This document shows positions 1 through 10,221 of a stretch of DNA of 44,021 bases, in pieces. The notes below the pieces were generated by a model, which ran no database searches, was not told where the DNA came from, and saw only the letters and a program-made list of their open reading frames with translations. The number at the start of each line of letters is the position of its first letter. Within the stretch, counting starts at the first letter, position 1. Source of the DNA: an uncultured Roseivirga sp. (lineage in GTDB: Bacteria; Bacteroidota; Bacteroidia; Cytophagales; Cyclobacteriaceae); contig CAXBPM010000001.1 in the NCBI GenBank assembly GCA_963977345.1, positions 1 through 44,021 on the forward strand. Direction: 5' to 3'. Both the position numbers and the translations under genes were made by a program.

Positions 1-2
1 AG

Positions 3-3000
3 CTGCGCAATTACTTTTTCTCCGTTACCCAAACCGACATTAAGTTTGACGAAGCTTATTTTCATTATCAAGGAAAGCTAGATCAGCCCGTAGTTGGGTC
101 TCTTGAGATTACCTTGGCGCCACAGCGAAGTACGGTAGATTCGTACCCTAAATTTGTATCGGATTTTGCCGATGCACCCATCAATGATTTGGGAACTAGC
201 GACCTTACCTATCGAGGAGGAGTGAGTTATGAAGGGCGAGATTTTTACAGTAAATCGGCCTTCAACGAACTTTCTAGAGTGGAGGGCTTTGTAAATGGAG
301 AGTTGAAATTTAGGGCGGAAGCGCCCAACTTTATTTTTAATAAGAAGGATTCAATGGTCAGTTCTGCAGTAGCGCAAGTGACCATTTTTCATGGTACGGA
401 TTCCATTTATAACCCTTCTGTAGAAATGGCCTATAACTACGGGAAGTATCATTTAAACCTCGAACCAAATACTGGTGATTTTGGAAGCACCCCTTTTAGT
501 TCATCTTTTTATGGTGTAGATCTGACGGGTGACAGACTAATTTGGGATTTGAAATCCGATTCACTGCATCTCACCATTGGTTCGGCACGAAGTGAAGTCC
601 CTTTGATTGTGGAGTCGAAGAACTTTTTTAGCTCATCTAGATTTTACAGCCTTTCCCAATTGTACAACTTTAACCCCTTGATTCTTTCGGTGAGGCAGGC
701 TCAGAAATATGAGCCAAAAAATGAGTTTTACATTTCGGAACTTTCCGAAGATCGAAAAATTAGCCTCGGTATTCTTAAGAGAAGTGTGATCGACTTGATG
801 TCGAAAGGCTTGGTGCTCTATAATGAGTACACGGGTAAGGTGATTATAACCCCCAAGGGGCTTCACTATTATGATTCGGGGCGAGATGAGTCAGATTTTG
901 ATGACTTAGTAATTCCTTCCGTCATCAGCTCATCACCCAACGCCACGATTAACCTGAAGAATGATACTTTGACGGTTCGTGGGGTTGAAAAATTCTATGT
1001 AAGCGATTCGCTGGATGTAATGATTACGCCCACCAATGGAGTGATTAAAATTTCCAATAACAGAACAATAGAATTTGATGGCGCTTTAGAGGCTGGGAAC
1101 TTTCAGTTCAATGGTCAGAGATTTAAGTTCGACTACAATAATTTTCTGGTTGAATTGCCCCAAATTGATTCGATTAAGCTTCAGGTAGAACTGGAAGAAG
1201 GTAGGAAAGAAGCACTGAACAATCAGTTGGTAAATACCTCGGGAGTGTTGAATATCAACGATCCTAATAATAAATCGGCAAGAATTTCGAAGCCAGAGTA
1301 CCCCATTTTCACCTCTAATGAAAGTGCCAGTGTAATGTTTGATAAAAATGGAGTATTAGGTGGGGCATATGACAGTACCGTATATTTTGACGTACCTCCT
1401 TTCAAACTAGACAGTGCATCCAAGGCAGACCCTTCAGCCTATGCCTTTGAAGGGACTTTCTATTCGAATGGAATTTTCCCTGAGTTTAAAGAAAGCCTTA
1501 GGGCAATGCCGGATAAATCCTTTGGTTTTATTCACTCCGTTCCCGACTCCGGTTATAGCCTCTACGGCACTTCTGGAAAACTGTTTGGAAAAATAAACAT
1601 GGACCAATCTGGTTTGAGTTCTCCCGGTAAAATCGACTTTCTCACAGGAAATTTCAATACTGAATCGGTTACTTTTTATCTAGATTCCATGTATTCTAAA
1701 AAGGGAATTAAAGGAACAATTAATGCGGGAACGCTCGATGGAGTCTCTTATCCTGCGGTTAAACTCTCGAGGTATGAAGTAAACTGGTTGGCCAAAAAGG
1801 ATAGCATGAATTTGCGAAACCTGGAAGCACCATTTAAAATGTATGATAGTCTAGGAGCATTTAGTGGTATGCTTACCTTATCTACAAAGGGGCTATACGG
1901 TACAGGGGAAATGAAGATGCAAGGCTCTAAAACCAATTCGGAGAATTATACTTTGCAAGAAACAGCCTTTGAATCTAGAAACTCTGATTTTGAATTGGAC
2001 TCGGGAAACCCTCAAAAACCGATTCTTAGCTCAGCCGATGTGCGCGTGAATTACGATTTAGCCAGCAATAAGGCAGTTATTCAACCTGAAGTACAAGGTA
2101 ATGCGGCATTAACTTTTCCTTTTGCACAATACAAAACTTCCATCCCAACGGCCGAATGGGACATCGCAAATAATATGATTACCATGACAAAGCCAGACAC
2201 CGTAGCGCTGGAAAAGTCATTTTTCTACTCTACTAAAAAGAGTATGGATTCCTTGGCGTTTATGGGCACAAATGCCAAGTATGACATCGCGAAGCAGTCC
2301 CTAAAAGTAGAGGGTATTCCCTACATTATTGTGGCCGATGCATTAATCACTCCAGAGAATAATGAGGTACTGATCTTAGAGAACTCAGAAATTGGAGTGC
2401 TCAAAAATGCCGTTGTTGTATTTGATACAGCCCATACAAATCATCGTTTGTTTGATGCCAATATAGAAATCATTTCGAGGAATCGTTTTAGAGGTGAGGG
2501 CACCTACGAACTTGTAACGGTGCAGGATACTTTCGCTATTAAGTTTGATCAATTCCGTTTTGAAGAAGACAAGGAACGCGGACTTTACACCAAATCAAGT
2601 GGGCAGATAAAAGCGGATGATGGCGTAATTGTGTCACCAGGATTTACTTTTAAAGGAACGGTATTTATGTATGCCTTCAGAAAGGCCTTGGAGTTAAAGG
2701 GCTCTGTAAAGCTTAACCTTCAGAAGCTAAAAGAGAGAAACGTTTGGATCGAATATGTATCTAATGACGACATTTCGGAGGTGGTTTTTAATTTTGACGA
2801 GGCAAGAACTGAGTTTGGAGATCCACTTACTGCTGGCCTTCACTTTAATAAAGGCGACATTTATCTTTCGTTTATCACTGAAAAGCGAGGATTGGACGAT
2901 GATGACTTCTTTATTCCTAAAGGAGGAAATCTATTTTATGACCAAAGTTCGGGATCTTACAATATAGCCAACCCCAAGAAGCAAGAAGACCCAGCGAATT

Positions 3001-3860
3001 TCTATAAAGGCAATATGTTCTCTTACAATGAAGAAACCCAAGACGTTTCTTTTGAAGGGAAACTGAATTTTGTGAGCCCTTTGAGTAAAGGGCTGACCGT
3101 TCAAGGTGCGGGTAAAGGCACAGGAAACTTAGATTCTGCTGATTTTAAAATCAATGCCATGTTGGTCATGGATTTTGGTTTGCCAGTCACAAGTGTTCCG
3201 TTAATGGCCCAGAACTTAAAAGACATGGGTGAAAAGCTTGGAATAAAAAGAGCCCATGACGACCGATCCGATTTGATTTATAAGGCTGCTGAATTTATCG
3301 GTGATGAAGCTGTAAAGAAATGGGACAAGTCTTATCAGTCAGTGCCAATTCCTTTGGTGAGTGCTTCCGCTAAAGGCGAATTGATGAAGAACTTGGTGAT
3401 TTCAAATGTAGACTTAAGGTGGTCTAAACAGTTAAAAACCTTTTATAGTGAAGGTAAAATTAGCGTTAGCAATATCAATAATGTCGACATCAATATGGAG
3501 CTGGATGGTTTTGTCGAAATCAAGAAAACACCTGAAGGTGACATCGTAAATGTGTTGATTCAAATGACTGATGGCACTTGGTATTATTTCACCTATGATG
3601 GTTTTAGCTTGGGTACTTTTTCTTCCAATGAAGCCTTCAATGCTTCCATTGCCAATCCTTTAGATGCTAAAGGTAAATCATCGAAACAGAAAGTGGGTGA
3701 CTTCAAAGTATTCTCTTACTCATTAGAAGAAGTTATCGCTTGGTCTAAAAATTACCGTAAGCTATTCTATGGCCTTGACGAGCCCTACAAACTGCTCATG
3801 GCGAGCGAATCAGACCAATCACTTAAAAAGAAAGAAGTTGTAAAAGGAGATGGATTTTAG
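3..3860 (+). CDS. Large beta-rich hypothetical protein, 5'-truncated by the window edge
   Basis: The frame is open from base 3 (LRNYFFSVTQTDIKFDEAYFHYQGKLDQPVVGSLEITLAPQ...), so the TTG at 114 is probably not the true start. More than 1280 aa with amphipathic beta-strand patterning and no catalytic motif recognised. Confidence 0.85.
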   Translation: MRNYFFSVTQTDIKFDEAYFHYQGKLDQPVVGSLEITLAPQRSTVDSYPKFVSDFADAPINDLGTSDLTYRGGVSYEGRDFYSKSAFNELSRVEGFVNGELKFRAEAPNFIFNKKDSMVSSAVAQVTIFHGTDSIYNPSVEMAYNYGKYHLNLEPNTGDFGSTPFSSSFYGVDLTGDRLIWDLKSDSLHLTIGSARSEVPLIVESKNFFSSSRFYSLSQLYNFNPLILSVRQAQKYEPKNEFYISELSEDRKISLGILKRSVIDLMSKGLVLYNEYTGKVIITPKGLHYYDSGRDESDFDDLVIPSVISSSPNATINLKNDTLTVRGVEKFYVSDSLDVMITPTNGVIKISNNRTIEFDGALEAGNFQFNGQRFKFDYNNFLVELPQIDSIKLQVELEEGRKEALNNQLVNTSGVLNINDPNNKSARISKPEYPIFTSNESASVMFDKNGVLGGAYDSTVYFDVPPFKLDSASKADPSAYAFEGTFYSNGIFPEFKESLRAMPDKSFGFIHSVPDSGYSLYGTSGKLFGKINMDQSGLSSPGKIDFLTGNFNTESVTFYLDSMYSKKGIKGTINAGTLDGVSYPAVKLSRYEVNWLAKKDSMNLRNLEAPFKMYDSLGAFSGMLTLSTKGLYGTGEMKMQGSKTNSENYTLQETAFESRNSDFELDSGNPQKPILSSADVRVNYDLASNKAVIQPEVQGNAALTFPFAQYKTSIPTAEWDIANNMITMTKPDTVALEKSFFYSTKKSMDSLAFMGTNAKYDIAKQSLKVEGIPYIIVADALITPENNEVLILENSEIGVLKNAVVVFDTAHTNHRLFDANIEIISRNRFRGEGTYELVTVQDTFAIKFDQFRFEEDKERGLYTKSSGQIKADDGVIVSPGFTFKGTVFMYAFRKALELKGSVKLNLQKLKERNVWIEYVSNDDISEVVFNFDEARTEFGDPLTAGLHFNKGDIYLSFITEKRGLDDDDFFIPKGGNLFYDQSSGSYNIANPKKQEDPANFYKGNMFSYNEETQDVSFEGKLNFVSPLSKGLTVQGAGKGTGNLDSADFKINAMLVMDFGLPVTSVPLMAQNLKDMGEKLGIKRAHDDRSDLIYKAAEFIGDEAVKKWDKSYQSVPIPLVSASAKGELMKNLVISNVDLRWSKQLKTFYSEGKISVSNINNVDINMELDGFVEIKKTPEGDIVNVLIQMTDGTWYYFTYDGFSLGTFSSNEAFNASIANPLDAKGKSSKQKVGDFKVFSYSLEEVIAWSKNYRKLFYGLDEPYKLLMASESDQSLKKKEVVKGDGF

Positions 3861-3934
3861 CCCTTCTAAAAGAAGCTCTTTCTGATGGGCGTTTCATTTC
3901 AAAACAATTATCTTCGAGTCATAATTTAAGACCT

Positions 3935-5323
3935 ATGGCAAACATCAACGATTACATTGAAAATAATAAGGATCGCTTTTTAAACGAACTCCTTGATTTA
4001 CTTAGAATTCCTTCGGTAAGTGCCGACAGTAAGTTCAAAGGAGATGTGCTAAAAGCAGCTGAATTTATACACGGAAAACTATTGGAAGCTGGAGCTGACA
4101 CAGTTGAGATATGCCCAACAGGAGGCCATCCGATTGTGTACGGAGAAAAAATTGTTGATGCCAAATTGCCTACCGTTTTGGTTTACGGTCATTACGATGT
4201 ACAACCAGCCGACCCTTACGAACTATGGGATTCACCTCCCTTTGAGCCTGTAATTAAAACGACAGAAATTCACCCAGAAGGTGCAATTTTCGCTCGTGGT
4301 GCTTGTGACGACAAAGGACAAGTGTACATGCACATCAAGGCTTTTGAAACCATGATGAAAACTGACAACCTCGCCTGTAACGTAAAGTTCTTAATTGAAG
4401 GAGAGGAAGAAGTTGGATCTGATCATTTGGGTATTTTCCTTGAAGAGAATAAAGAGAAATTGGCAGCTGATATTGTGTTGGTATCCGATACTGGAATCAT
4501 TGCCAACGATGTGCCTTCTATTACCGTTGGGCTTCGAGGCTTGAGTTATGTTCAGGTAGAAGTGACAGGGCCAAATAGAGATTTACATTCAGGTTTATAT
4601 GGTGGAGCCGTTCCAAACCCAATCAACGTATTGGCGGAAATGATTGCTTCCTTAAAAGACGAAAACAAAAAGATAAACATCCCGGGCTTCTATGCTGATG
4701 TAATTGAGCTTACGGCAGAAGAAAGAGCAGCAATGGCTGAAGCTCCTTTTAACGAGGAAGACTACAAAAAATCGATTGGACTGAGTACCACTGAAGGTGA
4801 AGCAGGTTATACTTCGATGGAGCGTTCTTCAATTCGACCTACTTTAGACGTGAACGGAATTTGGGGCGGATACATTGGTGAAGGCGCCAAAACGGTAATC
4901 GCATCTAAAGCCTATGCTAAAATTTCAATGCGCTTGGTGCCTAATCAAGATCCCGATAAAATCACCAAGTTGTTCGAAGATCATTTTGCTTCAATTGCAC
5001 CACCTTCTGTAAAGGTGAAAGTAATCCCACATCATGGTGGGCAGCCTGCGGTTACGCCAACAGATTCTCCAGCTTATCTTGCTGCAGCAAAAGCAATGGA
5101 AACTACTTTTGGGAAAGCGCCAGTGCCATTCAGAGGTGGAGGAAGTATTCCAATCGTGGCACTTTTTGAACAAACTCTTGGTTTGAAAACTGTACTGATG
5201 GGCTTCGGTCTAGATTCAGATGCGATTCATTCACCAAACGAACACTATGGGGTTTTCAATTACTTTAAAGGCATTGAAACCATTCCGTTATTCTTTAAGA
5301 ACTTTGCTGAATTGAATGACTAA
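3935..5323 (+). CDS. M20 family metallo-dipeptidase (ArgE/DapE/CNDP-like)
   Basis: YGHYDVQP, RGACDDKGQ, EGEEEVGS, DLHSG and HSPNE motifs. Confidence 0.95.
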   Translation: MANINDYIENNKDRFLNELLDLLRIPSVSADSKFKGDVLKAAEFIHGKLLEAGADTVEICPTGGHPIVYGEKIVDAKLPTVLVYGHYDVQPADPYELWDSPPFEPVIKTTEIHPEGAIFARGACDDKGQVYMHIKAFETMMKTDNLACNVKFLIEGEEEVGSDHLGIFLEENKEKLAADIVLVSDTGIIANDVPSITVGLRGLSYVQVEVTGPNRDLHSGLYGGAVPNPINVLAEMIASLKDENKKINIPGFYADVIELTAEERAAMAEAPFNEEDYKKSIGLSTTEGEAGYTSMERSSIRPTLDVNGIWGGYIGEGAKTVIASKAYAKISMRLVPNQDPDKITKLFEDHFASIAPPSVKVKVIPHHGGQPAVTPTDSPAYLAAAKAMETTFGKAPVPFRGGGSIPIVALFEQTLGLKTVLMGFGLDSDAIHSPNEHYGVFNYFKGIETIPLFFKNFAELND

Positions 5324-5382
5324 AGTACATTTACACTGACACTTAAAAGAATGGGGAGTTTTGCTCCCTACATTCCTGCCTT

Positions 5383-7887
5383 ATGAGAAAGTATTTATTA
5401 TCCCTGATCTTTATTGGCTATGCCTTAAGCTCGTTTGCACAATTTAAACAAACCACGAATTGGACTTTCGATGCTTCGCAGAAAGAAGTAAAAGTTGGGG
5501 ATGAGATCGAGTTAATCTTCAACGTTAATGTAGTTAAGGATTGGTACATCTACTCATCAAATCAAAAAGAAGATGTGATGGCCATACCAGCCACTGCAGA
5601 GCTGAATGAAGACCCTTCTTTTAAAGTCATTGGCAAGCTATATGGCGTTAATCCAAAGCATAAATTTGATCCAATTTGGGGTGATACGGTTGAGTATTTT
5701 GCTAAGAAAGGAGAGTTTAGGCAGAAGATAAAAGTACTCAGCAGTAACCTTAAAGTTTCAGGCACACTTGAGTTTCAGACTTGTACCGATGTAAATGGGC
5801 AATGTATTCCTGGTGAACAGGATTTCGTCATTGATTTCATAAAGGTAGCAGGGGGTGAAAAAACACCATCGGAAACCCCAACAGAAGTAGCTCCTCAAAG
5901 CCTATTAAGTCAAGGACCAGGCATACGAAAAGTAACTTCTTGGAAACTCAGCAAGGAAGGAACTGCGGAAGTAGGCGCTGAAATTGATCTTGTTTTCAAT
6001 GTAGAAGTAGATGCCAATTGGTATATCTATTCTAGTGATTTAGCTCCCGATGCATCTCCTCTTCCTGCTACTGTTTCTTTTGATGAAACGGATGGTTTTG
6101 AGGTAATCGGAGATTTGATTCCTACCAATCCTAAGAAGAAATTCGATAATTTTTTTAATGAGGAAGTAACTTACTTTACTGGAAAGGGTGAGTTTAAACA
6201 GAGAATCAAGATTCTAAAAGCCGACTTTAAATTAGTTGGCACATTAGATTTCCAAACCTGCTCTGATGTAGAAGGGCTTTGTATCAATGGGAATGAAGAT
6301 TTTGACGTGGATTTTTCTGCCCTAGAAGATGGCGCACAAAAGATCACAACAGCGGCTGGTGTAACATCGGGTACAAATAGCAAACCAAGCGAAAGCGCGT
6401 ATGATGATTTGCTTAAACCAGAAGACGATGGCTCCTTATGGGGCTTTTTTATTACTGCATTTCTTTTTGGTTTGGCAGCATTATTAACGCCTTGCGTTTT
6501 CCCAATGATTCCTATGACAGTCGCTTTCTTTACGAATAGCAGTCAGTCGAGGGCGCAGGCCATTACAAAAGCCAGTATTTACGGGGTGTCAATTATTGTC
6601 ATCTATATCTTAATAGGCTTGATTTTCACAAGTTTATTCGGAGTAGGGATTGCCAATGAACTGGCCACAGGCGCTATTCCAAACATCATTTTCTTTGCGG
6701 TATTCGTGATCTTCGCACTGTCCTTCTTCGGACTTTTCGAAATCGTATTGCCTAGCGGATTTGTCAATAAAATGGACAAAAAGGCCAATAAGGGTGGAAT
6801 GTTCGGCACCTTCTTTATGGCTTTTACTTTGGTGCTTGTTTCATTTTCATGCACTGGGCCAATTGTAGGAACAATCTTAATCGAATCTTTTCAAGGGCAA
6901 GTGATCAAGCCTGTTGTGGGAATGTTGGGCTTTTCTTCAGCCTTTGCGATTCCTTTTACGCTGTTCGCCATTTTCCCTGGAATGTTGAAGAGCCTTCCAA
7001 AATCTGGTGGCTGGTTAAACTCGGTGAAAGTGGTTTTGGGATTCATCGAATTGGCCTTGGGTTTCAAATTCCTAAGTGTAGCCGATCAGGCCTATCATTG
7101 GGGCTTGCTCGACCGTGAAATTTATATTGCCATTTGGTTGGTGATTGCGGTACTTTTAGGCTTCTATTTATTAGGGAAATTACGTTTGCCACACGATGAC
7201 GAAGTTCAAAAAACTTCGGTACCTCGTTTGGTGATGGCCATCATTAGTTTTGTGTTTGCCGTGTACTTATTGCCAGGTATGTTTGGCGCACCACTCAAAG
7301 GGCTTTCGGGTTATTTGCCTCCCCTGAGCACACATGATTTTTCCGTAAGGGAAATGATAAGAGAAGAAATCGGGGCTGCTCAAATTTCTGGATCGGTTTC
7401 AGAAACAGGTTTTCCGAGCACAGTAAAGTATTCCAACATTTTACATTTGCCACATGGCATCAAAGGCTTTTTTGATTACGAACAAGCTTTGGCTTATTCC
7501 AAAAAAGTGAAAAAACCTCTCTTCATTGACTTTACTGGCCACGGTTGCGTAAACTGTCGTAAGATGGAAGAGTACGTTTGGTCTGACCCGGAAGTACTCA
7601 GAAGAATAAAAGAAGACTACGTAGTGGTGGCTTTGTATGTAGATGATAAAACAGAATTACCCCAGTCAGAATGGTACACTTCTGAGTTCGATAACAAAGT
7701 GAAAAAGACCATCGGCAAACAGAACTTCGATTTTCAGATCACCCGTTTTAATGGCAACGCACAACCTTACTATGTGCTCTTAGACAATAATGAAGAGCCA
7801 TTGGTTCGTCCAAAATCTTATGATGCTGAAGTGTCCAACTTTGTGGAATTTCTAGACAAAGGGCTCGCTGAATTTGCTAAACGCTAA
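5383..7887 (+). CDS. dsbD: Thiol:disulfide interchange protein DsbD family, with duplicated N-terminal domain
   Basis: Signal peptide; two Ig-like nDsbD domains (CTDVNGQC, CSDVEGLC); membrane domain with TPCVFP and FSCTGP; C-terminal thioredoxin domain FTGHGCVNCRKME. Confidence 0.92.
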   Translation: MRKYLLSLIFIGYALSSFAQFKQTTNWTFDASQKEVKVGDEIELIFNVNVVKDWYIYSSNQKEDVMAIPATAELNEDPSFKVIGKLYGVNPKHKFDPIWGDTVEYFAKKGEFRQKIKVLSSNLKVSGTLEFQTCTDVNGQCIPGEQDFVIDFIKVAGGEKTPSETPTEVAPQSLLSQGPGIRKVTSWKLSKEGTAEVGAEIDLVFNVEVDANWYIYSSDLAPDASPLPATVSFDETDGFEVIGDLIPTNPKKKFDNFFNEEVTYFTGKGEFKQRIKILKADFKLVGTLDFQTCSDVEGLCINGNEDFDVDFSALEDGAQKITTAAGVTSGTNSKPSESAYDDLLKPEDDGSLWGFFITAFLFGLAALLTPCVFPMIPMTVAFFTNSSQSRAQAITKASIYGVSIIVIYILIGLIFTSLFGVGIANELATGAIPNIIFFAVFVIFALSFFGLFEIVLPSGFVNKMDKKANKGGMFGTFFMAFTLVLVSFSCTGPIVGTILIESFQGQVIKPVVGMLGFSSAFAIPFTLFAIFPGMLKSLPKSGGWLNSVKVVLGFIELALGFKFLSVADQAYHWGLLDREIYIAIWLVIAVLLGFYLLGKLRLPHDDEVQKTSVPRLVMAIISFVFAVYLLPGMFGAPLKGLSGYLPPLSTHDFSVREMIREEIGAAQISGSVSETGFPSTVKYSNILHLPHGIKGFFDYEQALAYSKKVKKPLFIDFTGHGCVNCRKMEEYVWSDPEVLRRIKEDYVVVALYVDDKTELPQSEWYTSEFDNKVKKTIGKQNFDFQITRFNGNAQPYYVLLDNNEEPLVRPKSYDAEVSNFVEFLDKGLAEFAKR

Positions 7888-7936
7888 TGCCATACCTGTG
7901 GCGCTTTTCGAGCGTTGGTAATGTTGGCTGAACGCA

Positions 7937-10150
7937 ATGAAAGAAGCCATGATTAAAGATACATATCCAGTTGAAGGAATGCACTGTGCAGGCTGTGCTT
8001 CCACCGTTGAGAAGACCCTCAAGAACAGCAAAGGAGTAGAAGAGGCTTCAGTAAACTACGCCACCAATACGGTGACCTTAGTATACAATGAGTCTGAAGT
8101 GGATTTTAAGCTGCTTCAGAAATATGTAAAAGGAGCAGGCTATACGCTCCAAGCCAAAAAGGACAAGGCCTCTGTAGACGCATCGCGCGAAGAAGGCTTA
8201 ATAAAAACAAAACGAGCATTGACGCTGGCCATCTCTCTTGGTGTCGTGGTCATGGTGCTGTCCATGTTTGTGGGCGACTTCCCCTATAAGAACTGGGTTT
8301 TACTGGCCCTCTCATTCCCCGTAGTCTTTATTTCTGGCTGGAGATTTTTCACGAGTGCTTTTTCGCAAATCAAGCGAGGTGCCGTAAACATGGATACCCT
8401 CATTGCTTTTGGAACTGGTTCGGCTTTTCTGTTCAGCATGTTCAATACCATTTTTCCTGAAATAATCAGAAATCAAGGCTTGCAGGTTCATGTATATTAT
8501 GAGTCGGCCGCGGTGATTATCGTCTTTATACTTCTTGGAAAATACTTGGAAGAAAAGGCCAAGTTTTCCACTTCAAAAGCCATCGAAAAACTTTATGAAC
8601 TTCAGGTTAAAAAGGTAATTCGAATAGAAGACGGTGAGCAACATGAAATTCTATTTGAGGAGGTTCAGCTAAACGATATTCTTTTGGTAAAAGCGGGCGA
8701 GAAGATTCCCGTGGATGGAAAAATCGTTTCTGGGCGAGCAAGTTTAGATGAGGCCATGATTTCTGGTGAATCTCTATTCGTAGAAAAATCGGAAGGAGAT
8801 GAAGTAAAAGCAGGAACCATCAATACCGATGGCAGCCTACAAGTTAAAACCGAGAAATTGGGTGAGGATACCGTTTTGGGTAAAATCATTCAGATGATTA
8901 CAGAAGCACAAGGCTCTAAGGCACCAGCCCAACAGTTGGCCGATAAAATTGCTGGTGTTTTTGTGCCCATCGTGCTTGGTTTGGCCGCACTTACTTTCAT
9001 TATATGGTACTTCGCGGGCCCCGATCCAGCACTTACATACGCTTTCGTAAATACCTTTTCTGTATTAATTATCGCATGTCCTTGTGCGCTTGGCTTGGCA
9101 ACACCGATGGCCATTATGGTCGGAATTGGTAAAGGAGCTAAAAACGGAATTCTTGTTAAGGATGCCATTGCTTTAGAAAACGCATCGAAAGTGACCAAAC
9201 TGTTTCTAGATAAAACAGGAACAATATCAGAAGGGAAACTCTCGGTTACCGATTTCAAAACCTTCTTTACTGAAGACAATAACCTTGAGCTCCTAAGTGT
9301 ACTCAATGGAATGGAGGCTGCATCAAATCACCCAATTGCTGGTGCCGTTACCGATTACCTAGAGGAGAATTATTCACTTTTCCCTGTACAAATCAAAGAC
9401 CTCAAAACCATTGCAGGGGTTGGACTAGCCACGACATTGGATCAGCATAATTATAAAATTGTAGGAAAGAGTGGTTTGAAAGAACTCTCTATTTCTGATG
9501 ATGTCAGTGATTTGATCAAAAGCTATGATAAGGAAGGCCGAACCCAAGTCTTCTTTATTCGGGACGAAAAGGTTTTGGCCTTAATTGCGTTAAAAGATAC
9601 CGTCCGTAAATCATCCGCAGCTTTGGTGGCACAATTGCAAAAGCGCGGGATAGAGATCGAAATGCTTTCTGGCGACAACGAACAAATTTGCGCTAATGTG
9701 GCACGCGAAACAGGAATCAAGAAGTTCCAGGCCAGCTTGATGCCAGATGACAAACACGCGATTGTAAAACAGGCCAAGGCAGACGGTCATATTGTTGCTT
9801 TTGCTGGTGATGGCATTAACGATGCACCTTCAATGGCCGAGGCCGACTTAGGAATTGCGATGAGCACTGGAGCAGATGTGGCCTTAGAAAGCGCATCAGT
9901 CACTTTACTCAACGGAGATATTTCTAAACTGTATCAGCTGATTTTGCTTTCTGAAAAGACGACAAGAACCATGAAGCAGAATTTGTTTTGGGCTTTTGCC
10001 TATAATGTAGTCGCCATTCCATTGGCAGCTGGTGTGCTTTTTCCAGTCAATGGCTTCCTTTTAAACCCAATGATTGCGGGAGCAGCCATGGCATTTTCGT
10101 CTGTATCCGTGGTGCTCAACAGCCTCAGGTTAAGGGGCTCGAAAATATAG
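7937..10150 (+). CDS. copA: Cu(I)-translocating P1B-type ATPase
   Basis: HMA domain GMHCAGC; CPCALGLATP; DKTGT; HP; GDGINDAP; YN and MxxSS transmembrane signatures of P1B-1 ATPases. Confidence 0.92.
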   Translation: MKEAMIKDTYPVEGMHCAGCASTVEKTLKNSKGVEEASVNYATNTVTLVYNESEVDFKLLQKYVKGAGYTLQAKKDKASVDASREEGLIKTKRALTLAISLGVVVMVLSMFVGDFPYKNWVLLALSFPVVFISGWRFFTSAFSQIKRGAVNMDTLIAFGTGSAFLFSMFNTIFPEIIRNQGLQVHVYYESAAVIIVFILLGKYLEEKAKFSTSKAIEKLYELQVKKVIRIEDGEQHEILFEEVQLNDILLVKAGEKIPVDGKIVSGRASLDEAMISGESLFVEKSEGDEVKAGTINTDGSLQVKTEKLGEDTVLGKIIQMITEAQGSKAPAQQLADKIAGVFVPIVLGLAALTFIIWYFAGPDPALTYAFVNTFSVLIIACPCALGLATPMAIMVGIGKGAKNGILVKDAIALENASKVTKLFLDKTGTISEGKLSVTDFKTFFTEDNNLELLSVLNGMEAASNHPIAGAVTDYLEENYSLFPVQIKDLKTIAGVGLATTLDQHNYKIVGKSGLKELSISDDVSDLIKSYDKEGRTQVFFIRDEKVLALIALKDTVRKSSAALVAQLQKRGIEIEMLSGDNEQICANVARETGIKKFQASLMPDDKHAIVKQAKADGHIVAFAGDGINDAPSMAEADLGIAMSTGADVALESASVTLLNGDISKLYQLILLSEKTTRTMKQNLFWAFAYNVVAIPLAAGVLFPVNGFLLNPMIAGAAMAFSSVSVVLNSLRLRGSKI

Positions 10151-10221
10151 TCGAAAAAAAAGGTTTACAAAAGGGACACATTTTTAGTACTTTGCCGTTG
10201 AAAGGTAAAAACTAACGAATA

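Noticed and set aside
114-116. TTG start for the first ORF
   Set aside because: The frame stays open to the window edge, so the gene most likely starts upstream.
3861-3900. Hairpin GCCC...AAAAGA-AGC-TCTTTT...GGGC as a terminator
   Set aside because: The stem is interrupted and the U tract is poor; plausible but not supportable.
5352-5369. GGGAG/CTCCC hairpin or Shine-Dalgarno-like site before dsbD
   Set aside because: Only a 5-bp stem with no U tract, and Bacteroidota rarely use Shine-Dalgarno sequences.
8761-8772. SGES instead of TGES in CopA as a sign of inactivation
   Set aside because: A conservative substitution with all other catalytic motifs intact.
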